DNA of 36,178 nucleotides, taken from NCBI GenBank assembly GCA_038883795.1, contig JAVZLK010000013.1, positions 1 through 36,178 on the forward strand, in the 5' to 3' direction. The notes beneath the pieces are model-generated. The model saw only the letters and a list, made by a program, of their open reading frames with translations, was not told the origin of the DNA and made no database searches. The translations under genes and the position numbers were made by a program. Shown in pieces: positions 19,775 through 28,686 of the stretch. Source of the DNA: Candidatus Bathyarchaeia archaeon. GTDB taxonomy: Archaea; Thermoproteota; Bathyarchaeia; Bathyarchaeales; Bathycorpusculaceae. Every line of letters starts with the position of its first letter. Position 1 is the first letter of the stretch.

Positions 19775-20710
19775 TCATAGTTCGAAAAACTTTCTTGCAG
19801 TCTTTTCGAAGAGATTTTCTTTGAATTTGTCTGATAATGCAAGTGTCCGGAAATACTGCACGGTAAAAGACATAGGATACGTAAATGGGTAGTCTGTTCC
19901 AAACATAATTTTGTCAGGTATCGCAAACTCGCAATACCGTAAATGTTCTATGTCAAAGTAGTATTTTGGATATTGCATCCTAATGGGATTAGCCGGAGAA
20001 ACATCTGTATAAACGTTTTTGTGCCTCAGTGTTATATAAACGGCAATGCTGGGATTATGCAAATTTCCACAATGCAGCAAATATATTTTCAAATCTGGAA
20101 AGTCGACGGCAACGTCATCTACATAAATTGGATCTTGATATTTCAGCCTTGTCCCTGGATGCCCTTCCACTCCTGTATGAATTGCAACGTGAGCTTTAAG
20201 ATCAACAAGTTTTTCGTAAATTGGATACATTAACTCTTTATCGTTTGGAAAACCAGCAGCTGGTGTAAAAATTTTTATGCCCTTAAAACGGTACTCCTTT
20301 ATTGCTTTTTCCACTTCTTTAATACATTCTTTTGGTCCTTTTTTAGGGTTTATGCCTGCTTGCGCGATAAATCTGTTAGGATATTTATCGATAAATTCCT
20401 CCTTCATATAGTCGTTTGAAACATGCCACCACCACTCGTATGGCGGGTCAGTTTTCGCGTCCATTCCGCATAAAACTGCAATGTCTACACCGGCTCTGTC
20501 CATGTCTTGAATCCAATGGTTAACGGTGAAATCGGGAAGCTCTTCTATTTTTTCGATTGGACGTTCCGGATGGGGATCGCCTAATGCTTCTCTGAGTTTT
20601 CGTAAGAGTCTAACTTCCCATGTTTTTCCAAGCCAAAAATCTGCGCAACCGGGTCTGTGTTCAATCCCTTTCTTTTCAAGACCTGGGTGGGTATGAGTGT
20701 CTATTACCAT
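19775..20710 (-). CDS. Amidohydrolase-2 family metal-dependent hydrolase
   Basis: IDTHTH, IHTG, LLHCG, FGTDYPF. Confidence 0.92.
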   Translation of the reverse strand: MVIDTHTHPGLEKKGIEHRPGCADFWLGKTWEVRLLRKLREALGDPHPERPIEKIEELPDFTVNHWIQDMDRAGVDIAVLCGMDAKTDPPYEWWWHVSNDYMKEEFIDKYPNRFIAQAGINPKKGPKECIKEVEKAIKEYRFKGIKIFTPAAGFPNDKELMYPIYEKLVDLKAHVAIHTGVEGHPGTRLKYQDPIYVDDVAVDFPDLKIYLLHCGNLHNPSIAVYITLRHKNVYTDVSPANPIRMQYPKYYFDIEHLRYCEFAIPDKIMFGTDYPFTYPMSFTVQYFRTLALSDKFKENLFEKTARKFFEL

Positions 20711-20911
20711 TTTAAAGACCGAAGAGGATGTTATTTAATATAATTATTAAATCTTTCGCGCAACTTGGTTCATTCGCGATGTTTATTGCGCCCTTTGTAA
20801 GTTTAAGTTTTCTCTAATTTACTAAAGTGAGATATTTTAAGATATTTATTAAAAATAGAAAACGAAAAATTATTATAGGTTCGTACTTTTTTAAAAGAAA
20901 AGGTCTTAAAG

Positions 20912-21961
20912 ATGCAGTTAGAAGTCAAAATAGGCAAATTATTGTTTAAAAATCCTATTATTGTAGGCTCCGCAGGATATGCAGAAAACGCGACGGGAAT
21001 TGAAAGATTCATAAAGAGAGGGTACGCTGGAGTTGTTACTAAATCAACTGCTGAAAAGAGACTTGTAGGAGCCCCTCCGCCTAGGGTCTTTTGGCTAGAT
21101 AAATACCGAAGAAATTGGATAGACGGTAGTGAAGGGCATCGGAATCCTGGCATAGATGAAATGGTTGAAGAAGTGAAAAAATGTAGGGAATTGGCTGAGA
21201 AAGAAAACTGCCACATAATTGGAAGCATAACTTGTAAATCAATAGAAGAAGCAGTATCAATTGCAAAAAAGTTTGAAGAAGCAGGAGTCAGTGCAATAGA
21301 AATTGACATGGTCTGTCCTAACGTAGGTGAACAACTAGGCCCAGAGTATGCAACTAGAGGAGGTGAATACTGGAGTGACCCAAACCATCCGGAAAGGGCT
21401 ATAGAACTCATAAAAGCTGTTAAGAACCATGTGAAAATTCCTTTATGGTGCAAAATTAACCCTAAAACTTTGTTCCTCGCTGGAGAGAAAATCATGAATG
21501 AAGCTCCCCCAGACACGTTCGCTTATATCGGTTCAGGCTTTCCATCCTTTCCCCTAGGCCTAGCCATAGATATCGACACAGAAGAACCACTTTTCCCCGG
21601 AAATGTTTTATTAAAAATTAAAAAGAACATGAAATTTGTTCCATACGCAGTCATATATCCTCTATTGCCGACAACTGTTCTCACAACTGCCCTCTTAAGA
21701 AAAAAAATTAGCATCCCATTGATCCCTTCTGGTGGCATACAGACAGGATTTGATATTATACAGTGTATGATGGCTGGAGCTAATGCTGTACAAATATGCA
21801 CAGCTGTGTATAGAGACTTTGATGTCGTAAACACTATGCTTAGGGAAATTAAGTGGTTTATGGCCAAAAAAGGGTATGAAAGTATTGAAGAAATTATTGG
21901 AGTTGCACTTAAGAAGATCCCGTTTGAACTTATGGAAATTCCTGTAGGCAAAAGCGATTAG
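20912..21961 (+). CDS. Dihydroorotate/dihydropyrimidine dehydrogenase-fold FMN enzyme with altered substrate pocket
   Basis: KNPIIVGS, VVTKS, PRV, NPG, CPN, WCK, SGGI, AGANAVQICTA. Confidence 0.88.
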   Translation: MQLEVKIGKLLFKNPIIVGSAGYAENATGIERFIKRGYAGVVTKSTAEKRLVGAPPPRVFWLDKYRRNWIDGSEGHRNPGIDEMVEEVKKCRELAEKENCHIIGSITCKSIEEAVSIAKKFEEAGVSAIEIDMVCPNVGEQLGPEYATRGGEYWSDPNHPERAIELIKAVKNHVKIPLWCKINPKTLFLAGEKIMNEAPPDTFAYIGSGFPSFPLGLAIDIDTEEPLFPGNVLLKIKKNMKFVPYAVIYPLLPTTVLTTALLRKKISIPLIPSGGIQTGFDIIQCMMAGANAVQICTAVYRDFDVVNTMLREIKWFMAKKGYESIEEIIGVALKKIPFELMEIPVGKSD

Positions 21962-21975
21962 GAGGAACATTAATA

Positions 21976-22188
21976 ATGCCTAAACCAAAAATTAATGAAG
22001 AGTTATGCGTAGGTTGCATGGCGTGCACTGTTGCGTGTCCCATGGGCGTTCTTATAGAGCCTTTAATAGGAATGATTCCATTAATTAAGGCTGTAGAGCG
22101 GTGTACTGGTTGTAAACGGTGTGTCGATTTTTGTAGTTATTCCGCAATCAAGATAATAGAAGTCACGGGGAAAATTTTAAAGAGATGA
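21976..22188 (+). CDS. 2x[4Fe-4S] ferredoxin
   Basis: CVGCMACTVACP and CTGCKRCVDFCS; GGAGG RBS upstream. Confidence 0.93.
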   Translation: MPKPKINEELCVGCMACTVACPMGVLIEPLIGMIPLIKAVERCTGCKRCVDFCSYSAIKIIEVTGKILKR

Positions 22189-22194
22189 TACATT

Positions 22195-24042
22195 GTGAAT
22201 AGTGGAAGAATTTTAAAAATTGATCTTGCAAGAAAAAAGAAAATTGTTGAGACGTTAAATAGAGAGTATATTAAAGAGTTTATTGGTGGATTGGGGCTTG
22301 GTGTAAAACTAGCAGATGAGTATATTCCACCCACCATCGATCCATATGATCCAGATAACGTGTTAATTATCACAACAAGTCCGACAAGTGGATTGCCGAT
22401 ACCTAGTGGTTGGGAGTACACGTTCGTTAGCAAATCTCCACTAACGGGTGGCATTGCTGTTTCAATTTGCCATGGAATGTTTGCTGGTCACATGAAACGG
22501 GCAGGTTATGATGCAATTGTTATAAAAGGCACATCTGAAAAACCAATCTATCTGTTGGTCGACGATGAAGACATAACATTTAATGATGCACGGGATTTTT
22601 GGGGGAAATCACCGCGGAGAACCGAGGAGGCCATAAAAAAGGATTTAGGAGATTACTCAATTTCTGTGGCTACCATTGGATTATCAGGTGAGATGTTAGC
22701 GAAAATTTCATGCATTCTAACCAATCAAGTTCAAGTGTCAGGGAAAATGGGTTTAGGCGCTGTTTTAGGATCCAAAAATCTAAAGGCAATTGCAATACGA
22801 GGAAGTCATAGCGCTGAAGCCTGGGATGTTCAACGACTTGAAATTTTCTGTGAAGAAGCCCTTCTTACAACTAGAGGGTCCACTGCGGTGAGATGTTACA
22901 AAGAAGATTTTCTAACTGAAAAAGTAATAGTTAAAGATAGAATTTTAACAACAATATTCGAACCAGCTGTGAAGTATAGGGATCCCGGCGTCATAAGCGA
23001 CCTTTTAGTTCTTAACGAATTGGGGGTCCTACCCGCTAGAAATTTTACCTCTGGAGTATTTGAATCAGCCGATGAAATTTACAAAGACCTTAAAAAATTG
23101 GCTAAGAAGGCACATGCTTGCTCTCCGTGTTCCATGGGATGCCAACATTTAATTAATTCAGATGATACTTCTATCTATCTCGACTATGTTTCGGTATGGG
23201 CTTTTGGGCCCAATTGTGGTATAAAATCTGCAGACACAATTCTAAAAGCGATAGCTTTATGCAATTATTTTGGAATGGACCCGGTGTCGGTAGGTAACAT
23301 AGTAGGCTTCTCAATGGAATGCTATGAAAAGGAAATCATAGACTACGCTTCTACTGGTGGTTTGCATTTAAAATTTGGAAATGAAAAGGATATGCTTGAG
23401 CTGATTCAGAAAATAGGAGAGAGGAAAGATATTGGTAATCTTCTTGCAGAGGGGGTGAAGGCTGCAGCACAAGGAATAGGTAAAAATGCAGAAAAACTTG
23501 CCGTTCACATTAAAGGCGTTGAACTGGCCGGGTATGACTTGAGAGGACTGAAGACGGCTGCTTTAAGCTTTGCTGTATCTTTTAGAGACGCTTACTACGA
23601 TGGACAAGGAGCCTATCTTTTTGATATAAAAGGGATAAGTGACCGCTTTTCCGCAGGAAAGGGAAAAGGTAGGCTGGTAAAAGATTTGGAAGATTTTCTC
23701 ACAATTTTAAATTCAATCGGTATTTGCACATCCTTTGCAAGCGTATATGAACTTAAAGAACTTGCTGAGCTTTATAACATCATCACAGGAATTAATATCT
23801 CCCCTCAAGAACTGAGGATTTGCGGAGAGAAAATTAATGATCTAGCTAGGATTTTCAATTTTAATGCAGGGATCAAAAGAAATGATGATATCCCGGTTAA
23901 GTTTATTGAAAACCCGATACCTGAAGGCCCATCTAAAGGTTGCATCTTAACACCCGATGAGATGCAAATTTTACTTAAAGATTATTATGAAGAAAGATGT
24001 TGGACCGAGGGTGGTTTACCAAGGAGGTATAAATCTATTTAG
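22195..24042 (+). CDS. Divergent AOR-family protein
   Basis: GRILKIDL, SKSPLTG, GSKNLKAI, CSPCSMGC, GMD, SIGIC; canonical catalytic Glu and His motifs are altered. Confidence 0.9.
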   Translation: MNSGRILKIDLARKKKIVETLNREYIKEFIGGLGLGVKLADEYIPPTIDPYDPDNVLIITTSPTSGLPIPSGWEYTFVSKSPLTGGIAVSICHGMFAGHMKRAGYDAIVIKGTSEKPIYLLVDDEDITFNDARDFWGKSPRRTEEAIKKDLGDYSISVATIGLSGEMLAKISCILTNQVQVSGKMGLGAVLGSKNLKAIAIRGSHSAEAWDVQRLEIFCEEALLTTRGSTAVRCYKEDFLTEKVIVKDRILTTIFEPAVKYRDPGVISDLLVLNELGVLPARNFTSGVFESADEIYKDLKKLAKKAHACSPCSMGCQHLINSDDTSIYLDYVSVWAFGPNCGIKSADTILKAIALCNYFGMDPVSVGNIVGFSMECYEKEIIDYASTGGLHLKFGNEKDMLELIQKIGERKDIGNLLAEGVKAAAQGIGKNAEKLAVHIKGVELAGYDLRGLKTAALSFAVSFRDAYYDGQGAYLFDIKGISDRFSAGKGKGRLVKDLEDFLTILNSIGICTSFASVYELKELAELYNIITGINISPQELRICGEKINDLARIFNFNAGIKRNDDIPVKFIENPIPEGPSKGCILTPDEMQILLKDYYEERCWTEGGLPRRYKSI

Positions 24043-24062
24043 TAAAGTAAGGTGAAATAAAT

Positions 24063-24605
24063 ATGTCGTCAACAGATTATGTTGCTGAAAAACACTTAAA
24101 AAGTAAATGTATAAGTGTGGATATCGATAGGTGCATCGGCTGCGGAATTTGCGAGTTAATTTGTTCATTTGTTAAAAGCGGCGAAAAATCTTTTAATCCG
24201 CTATACTCTAGGATTCATGTGACACAGATCAATGGGGAAAATGTGGCTGTTGCGTGTTTAATGTGTGAAGATGCGCCATGCGTTAAGGCTTGCCCGCGAA
24301 ATGCGCTAACGCAATCGAAAGAAAACGGTATAATCTTAGTTGATGAAAGTAAATGTACAGGTTGCGGATGGTGCCTTATTGCTTGCAATTTTGGGAGCAT
24401 AATTTTCACAGAGAAAGGAAAAGTCACAACATGTGACCTTTGCGCTGGAAGAGAAAAAAGCCGTGTATTCCCTGGACGACCAATGACGCAGCAAGCATGC
24501 ATTGCGTGGTGTCCTGAAGAAGCAATAAGCCTCGTAGATAAACATAGGTTATCCCAAAAAATCCTACTTGAAACTATAGCAAAGCTGAGAAGTCCTGAAA
24601 CGTGA
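24063..24605 (+). CDS. 4x[4Fe-4S] polyferredoxin subunit (DmsB/NrfC/AorA-like)
   Basis: 16 Cys in four groups: CIGCGICELIC, CLMCEDAPCVKAC, CTGCGWCLIAC, CDLC...CIAWC. Confidence 0.93.
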   Translation: MSSTDYVAEKHLKSKCISVDIDRCIGCGICELICSFVKSGEKSFNPLYSRIHVTQINGENVAVACLMCEDAPCVKACPRNALTQSKENGIILVDESKCTGCGWCLIACNFGSIIFTEKGKVTTCDLCAGREKSRVFPGRPMTQQACIAWCPEEAISLVDKHRLSQKILLETIAKLRSPET

Positions 24606-24860
24606 TGAAGAGCTGTCAGAGTTAACGTCTGCGGCTTGTTAAGAATCATATTCCCATAATTTCTTGAGCGTAGACTAGGTGATATGAGTAGGAGATTTGA
24701 TAGCTAAAGTCACTTACACTGATTAAGTTGGTGTCCCCAAAATTTAATAGGTGAGCGGTAATAAAGTGAAAAATTACAAATTGTTGATATGCCCTACACG
24801 GCAAAAACTAATTAATCCGCAAATTAGAAAACCATTCAACAGAGGCGCAAGATCTTGGAT

Positions 24861-26048
24861 ATGCCATTAGAAGGTATTCGAGTTTTAGACTTGTCTCGAA
24901 TTTTAGCGGGCCCCTTCTGCTCAATGATCTTAGCTGATTTAGGAGCTGATGTAATAAAAATTGAAACGCCTGGGATAGGGGATGATACAAGATCCTGGGG
25001 GCCTCCATTTATTAATGGTGAAAGCGCATACTTCCTTTGCATCAATCGAAACAAAAAAAGCCTAACTCTAGATCTCAAAAGAGATTATGGAAAGAAAATT
25101 CTATACGAATTAGTAGAAAAATCTGATGTATTCTTGGAGAATTTTCGACCCGGAGTCACTGAAGAACTAGGTGTAGACTATGGAACTATTTGTAAAATTA
25201 ATCCACGCATTATCTACTGTTCAATTACCGGATTCGGACAAAATGGACCCTATAGAAATTGGCCAGCTTACGATATAATTATTCAAGGCATGGGTGGGCT
25301 AATGAGTATTACAGGCGAATTAAATAGGCCTCCAGTACGAATAGGTGTGGCAGTAACGGATATAGGAGCTGGCATGTACGCTGCTATCGCGATACTTTCA
25401 GCCTTAATCGCTCGAAATAAAATCGGGAAAGGCCAGTTTATTGACGTATCACTGTTTGACTCAACAATTTCATGGTTAACTTACATGGCGGCAAACTATT
25501 TCGCAACAGGTGAGGTTCCTAAGCGTATAGGGTCAGGGCATCCAAATATCGTGCCATACCAATGTTTTAAAACACGCGACAAAAAATACTTAACAGTTGC
25601 GGTAGGAAACGATAGACTCTGGAGGAGTTTCTGTAAAGCAATAGGCATGGAAAACTTGATAAATAACCCTATGTTCGCTACTAACTCGAAGCGAGTCGAA
25701 AATAGAAAGAAGCTAATCTCTGAATTGGAAAAAGTTTTTCTAAGTAAGACACGTGATGAGTGGATTAAGATTTTGCTAAAGGAAGGTGTGCCTTGTGGCC
25801 CTGTGTACACCATTAGCGAAATATTCAATGATTCGCAAGTTTTATTTAGAGAAATGCTAATTGAAATGGAACATGCAAAAGCAGGCAGAATAAAGCAAAT
25901 TGGAAATCCGATGAAATTTTCCAGAACACCTGGAAAAATTAGCAGACCGCCACCGCTTTTGGGCGAGCACACCGAAGAAATTCTAAAAAATCTGTTGGGA
26001 TATTCTTATGGAGAAATAAGAAAACTAAAAAGAGAAGGAATTATATAG
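24861..26048 (+). CDS. Class III CoA-transferase (CaiB/BaiF/Frc family)
   Basis: PLEGIRVLDL, LAGP, LGADVIKIE, NRNKKS, ENFRPG, catalytic Asp in VTDIGAG, PPLLGEHT. Confidence 0.96.
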   Translation: MPLEGIRVLDLSRILAGPFCSMILADLGADVIKIETPGIGDDTRSWGPPFINGESAYFLCINRNKKSLTLDLKRDYGKKILYELVEKSDVFLENFRPGVTEELGVDYGTICKINPRIIYCSITGFGQNGPYRNWPAYDIIIQGMGGLMSITGELNRPPVRIGVAVTDIGAGMYAAIAILSALIARNKIGKGQFIDVSLFDSTISWLTYMAANYFATGEVPKRIGSGHPNIVPYQCFKTRDKKYLTVAVGNDRLWRSFCKAIGMENLINNPMFATNSKRVENRKKLISELEKVFLSKTRDEWIKILLKEGVPCGPVYTISEIFNDSQVLFREMLIEMEHAKAGRIKQIGNPMKFSRTPGKISRPPPLLGEHTEEILKNLLGYSYGEIRKLKREGII

Positions 26049-26161
26049 TTATACAATATTTTGGCGGATAATTCATTTTCAAATGCATAGCTTGAAACAC
26101 GTTGCACTTACGAAAAAACGTGTAAATTCAATTTATTCTTCCCTACGCCATTCATAGTGTC

Positions 26162-27103
26162 TCATTGTAAATGCAGTAGCTTTCGTGCATTTAGCTCAAA
26201 AATTTTAAATTTATCTTCATCAGAAATTGGCAGTTCCATTACACTTTTGAGATTTTCTCCAATAAATACTTCACCATTTTTTGGACCGAATGGATAATCT
26301 GTAGCAAATAATATTCGATCAGGTCCAAAGAAGGAGTAGCCGCATGCCAACCCGCTCCGCCACCCGTCTATAGCGGTATCTGCATAAAAAAGTTTAAAGT
26401 TGTCTAAAATTTGCTTTGGGCTTTGAAACGTGGGTTTGTTTAGCAGTAAGCTTGTCTGGAGTCTGCCAACAAGATGCGGTAAGACCCCGCCAAGATGATG
26501 TACAACTATTTTAAGTGTTGGATATCTATGAAAGACCCCGCCCATTACGAGTCTGCACATGGCTTGCGTTGTGTCAAAAGGCCATCCGATGCTTAACATC
26601 AAGCCGTAATCTTTGAGGAGATAGTAACTCTCACAGTCAGCGGGGTGCACTAAAATAGGAAAATCATACTTAACCGCTTTTTCATATAATGGATAAAAAT
26701 CTTGTGAATCCAACGGTTTGCCTCGGATATTTGACGAAACTAATATGCCTTTAAAACCAAGTTCTCCAATTGCTCTACTAACTTCGTCTAACGCTTCTCC
26801 AACAGATGAAAGAGGTACGCAGGCAATACCTTCAAATTTGCCTAAATGTTTGTTGCATATATCGAATACGGCATCATTGAACGTCTTGCATAGACGCACT
26901 TCTTCAGCAACACTAAGACCCTTAATGGCATTGCTTAGAGGCATGCTTAATACCTGCATGGCAACATTATACTTTTCCATATGTTTCAATCTTTTTTGAG
27001 GATGCACAAAATACGGATTTGACGCAAAGCTTAGCACACGCGATTCCTTTACTATAGAAAATATTTGTTTAGGATAAATATGACAGAAGAAGTCAATAAT
27101 CAA
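26162..27103 (-). CDS. Amidohydrolase-2 family protein, ACMSD/aromatic-acid decarboxylase-like
   Basis: IIDFFCH (first His of HxH replaced), ILVHP, GWPFDT, HHLGG, FATDYPF; starts 41 bp downstream of ubiD. Confidence 0.9.
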   Translation of the reverse strand: MIIDFFCHIYPKQIFSIVKESRVLSFASNPYFVHPQKRLKHMEKYNVAMQVLSMPLSNAIKGLSVAEEVRLCKTFNDAVFDICNKHLGKFEGIACVPLSSVGEALDEVSRAIGELGFKGILVSSNIRGKPLDSQDFYPLYEKAVKYDFPILVHPADCESYYLLKDYGLMLSIGWPFDTTQAMCRLVMGGVFHRYPTLKIVVHHLGGVLPHLVGRLQTSLLLNKPTFQSPKQILDNFKLFYADTAIDGWRSGLACGYSFFGPDRILFATDYPFGPKNGEVFIGENLKSVMELPISDEDKFKIFELNARKLLHLQ

Positions 27104-27144
27104 ACCAATGACTCTCCATTATAATTGAGTAGTAAAGCGTTTGG

Positions 27145-28536
27145 TCATGTGCCGATCCCGTATTCAACCCACTTTTTCTCAACCATTTTTTTAATTTCCA
27201 TCGGTACGTCAGGCACCTCCGGGAACGCTTCCATAGGTTTTTTAGTGGCGTCAATCACCATCTTTGATATAAGACCGTGTTTTCTATTAAATGCAGAATC
27301 AATGCTGGGATCCAGTGAAGTGCCAGGAGTGTTTGGAAGTATAAATATATCCCGGTGCGGCTGTGTTCTAGTTGCTACCGCCCACATGACCTGTTTTAGA
27401 TCGAATGGATCAATATCCTCGTCGACTACAATTAAATATTTTATCATGCGTGCGGCTTCACATCCAAGTATAGCGCTTGCAATCCAATTGACAATTCCCT
27501 CAAATCTTTTTTCGACTTGAGCAACGGCTATCATTGAAACACCATCCTCAAGAATGTTAATGTTCTGTAATCCTGGCATAGGGCAAGTTCTAATGATTTC
27601 TGCTTGTAGCGACATTGAAAAAAGAATGTGATTTTCTGTTCCTACCCCAGTAAAACTAACATGATATATGGGATTGTCTCGGTACGTTACAGCTTTAATT
27701 TCAAATACTTCTCTAGGGTAGATGCCCCCATAATATCCATGGAATTCGCCGAAGGGTCCTTCGTTTTCGTATAAGTTTGGAATCACTTCGCCCTCTAATA
27801 CTATTTCGGCGGTTGCTGGTACTTCTAGTGGTATGGTTTCACATTTAACTAATTCTATTGGTTGTCCCCTTAATGTGCCAGCCATGGCAATTTCGTCAAC
27901 TTCATACGCAAACGGTGCTGCAGCACAAATCCATATCACCGGATCAGCGCCTATCGCAACAGCTACTGGAAATCGATTTCCTTTAGCTTCAGCTTTTGAT
28001 TTTTGTATGTACATGTGCCTAAAGGGTGTTAATTGAAAACCTGTTGTTCTTTTGCCCCGAACCATCATCCTATAAATTCCAACATTTCGCCAACCTGTTT
28101 CCGGGTCCTTACTGATCACACACGGGGCAGTAATATATGGCCCACCATCTTTTTCATTCCAGTATGGAATTGCCCATGGAAGTTTCATCAAGTCTATTTC
28201 ATCTCCGATTAGTATGTTTTCTTTGCAAGGACCGTCTTTTACCACCACTGGTTCTGTTGGACCCTTCCTAAGAGCATTTATCCATTTCTTAGTGACCTCC
28301 TCTTCGGTGGTTTCCAATGCTAAGGCAAATCTTCTTCTCGTAGCGATTAGATTTGCTAATATTGGAGCATTGTAGCCCTTTATTTTTTCAAAAAGTAATG
28401 CAGGAGATTTTGCATCGGTAGCTTTTCTACATATAGCGCTCAATTCGAAGCGGGGGTCTACCTCAGCTTTGATTTTTATTAACTCGCCTTCTTTTTCAAG
28501 AATTCCCAAAAATTCTCTTAGGTCATTATAAGGCAT
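27145..28536 (-). CDS. ubiD: UbiD-family prFMN-dependent (de)carboxylase
   Basis: DLREFL, PALLFE, DGGPYIT, NVGIYR, EIVLEG, EGPFGEFHGYY, VVDEDID, LDPS, IDAT. Confidence 0.95.
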   Translation of the reverse strand: MPYNDLREFLGILEKEGELIKIKAEVDPRFELSAICRKATDAKSPALLFEKIKGYNAPILANLIATRRRFALALETTEEEVTKKWINALRKGPTEPVVVKDGPCKENILIGDEIDLMKLPWAIPYWNEKDGGPYITAPCVISKDPETGWRNVGIYRMMVRGKRTTGFQLTPFRHMYIQKSKAEAKGNRFPVAVAIGADPVIWICAAAPFAYEVDEIAMAGTLRGQPIELVKCETIPLEVPATAEIVLEGEVIPNLYENEGPFGEFHGYYGGIYPREVFEIKAVTYRDNPIYHVSFTGVGTENHILFSMSLQAEIIRTCPMPGLQNINILEDGVSMIAVAQVEKRFEGIVNWIASAILGCEAARMIKYLIVVDEDIDPFDLKQVMWAVATRTQPHRDIFILPNTPGTSLDPSIDSAFNRKHGLISKMVIDATKKPMEAFPEVPDVPMEIKKMVEKKWVEYGIGT

Positions 28537-28686
28537 TTTAACTCCCAGCAGTGCTTTTGTACATGTAGTATTTATAATTTAAAGAATAAAATTGTCTAAA
28601 ATCTCATTTTCTGCTCCATATCCCTTTTGCTCGCGGACTTTTTGTGAAATGATATGCACGGACACCTTTACAATGTTTGAGCTTGG

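Noticed and set aside
20912-21961. Biosynthetic pyrD or canonical preA
   Set aside because: Substrate-binding Asn motifs are altered, and no pyrK, preT or other pyr genes are nearby.
13699-24042. Class II benzoyl-CoA reductase BamB
   Set aside because: The BamB W-ligating Cys segment (MKCF-like) is not seen in either AOR-family protein, and there are no Hdr/Nuo-like Bam partner genes.
24602-24722. C/D box sRNA (GTGATGA ... CTGA)
   Set aside because: The C box overlaps a stop codon, there is no convincing C' box, and the D box is too far away for a typical archaeal guide.
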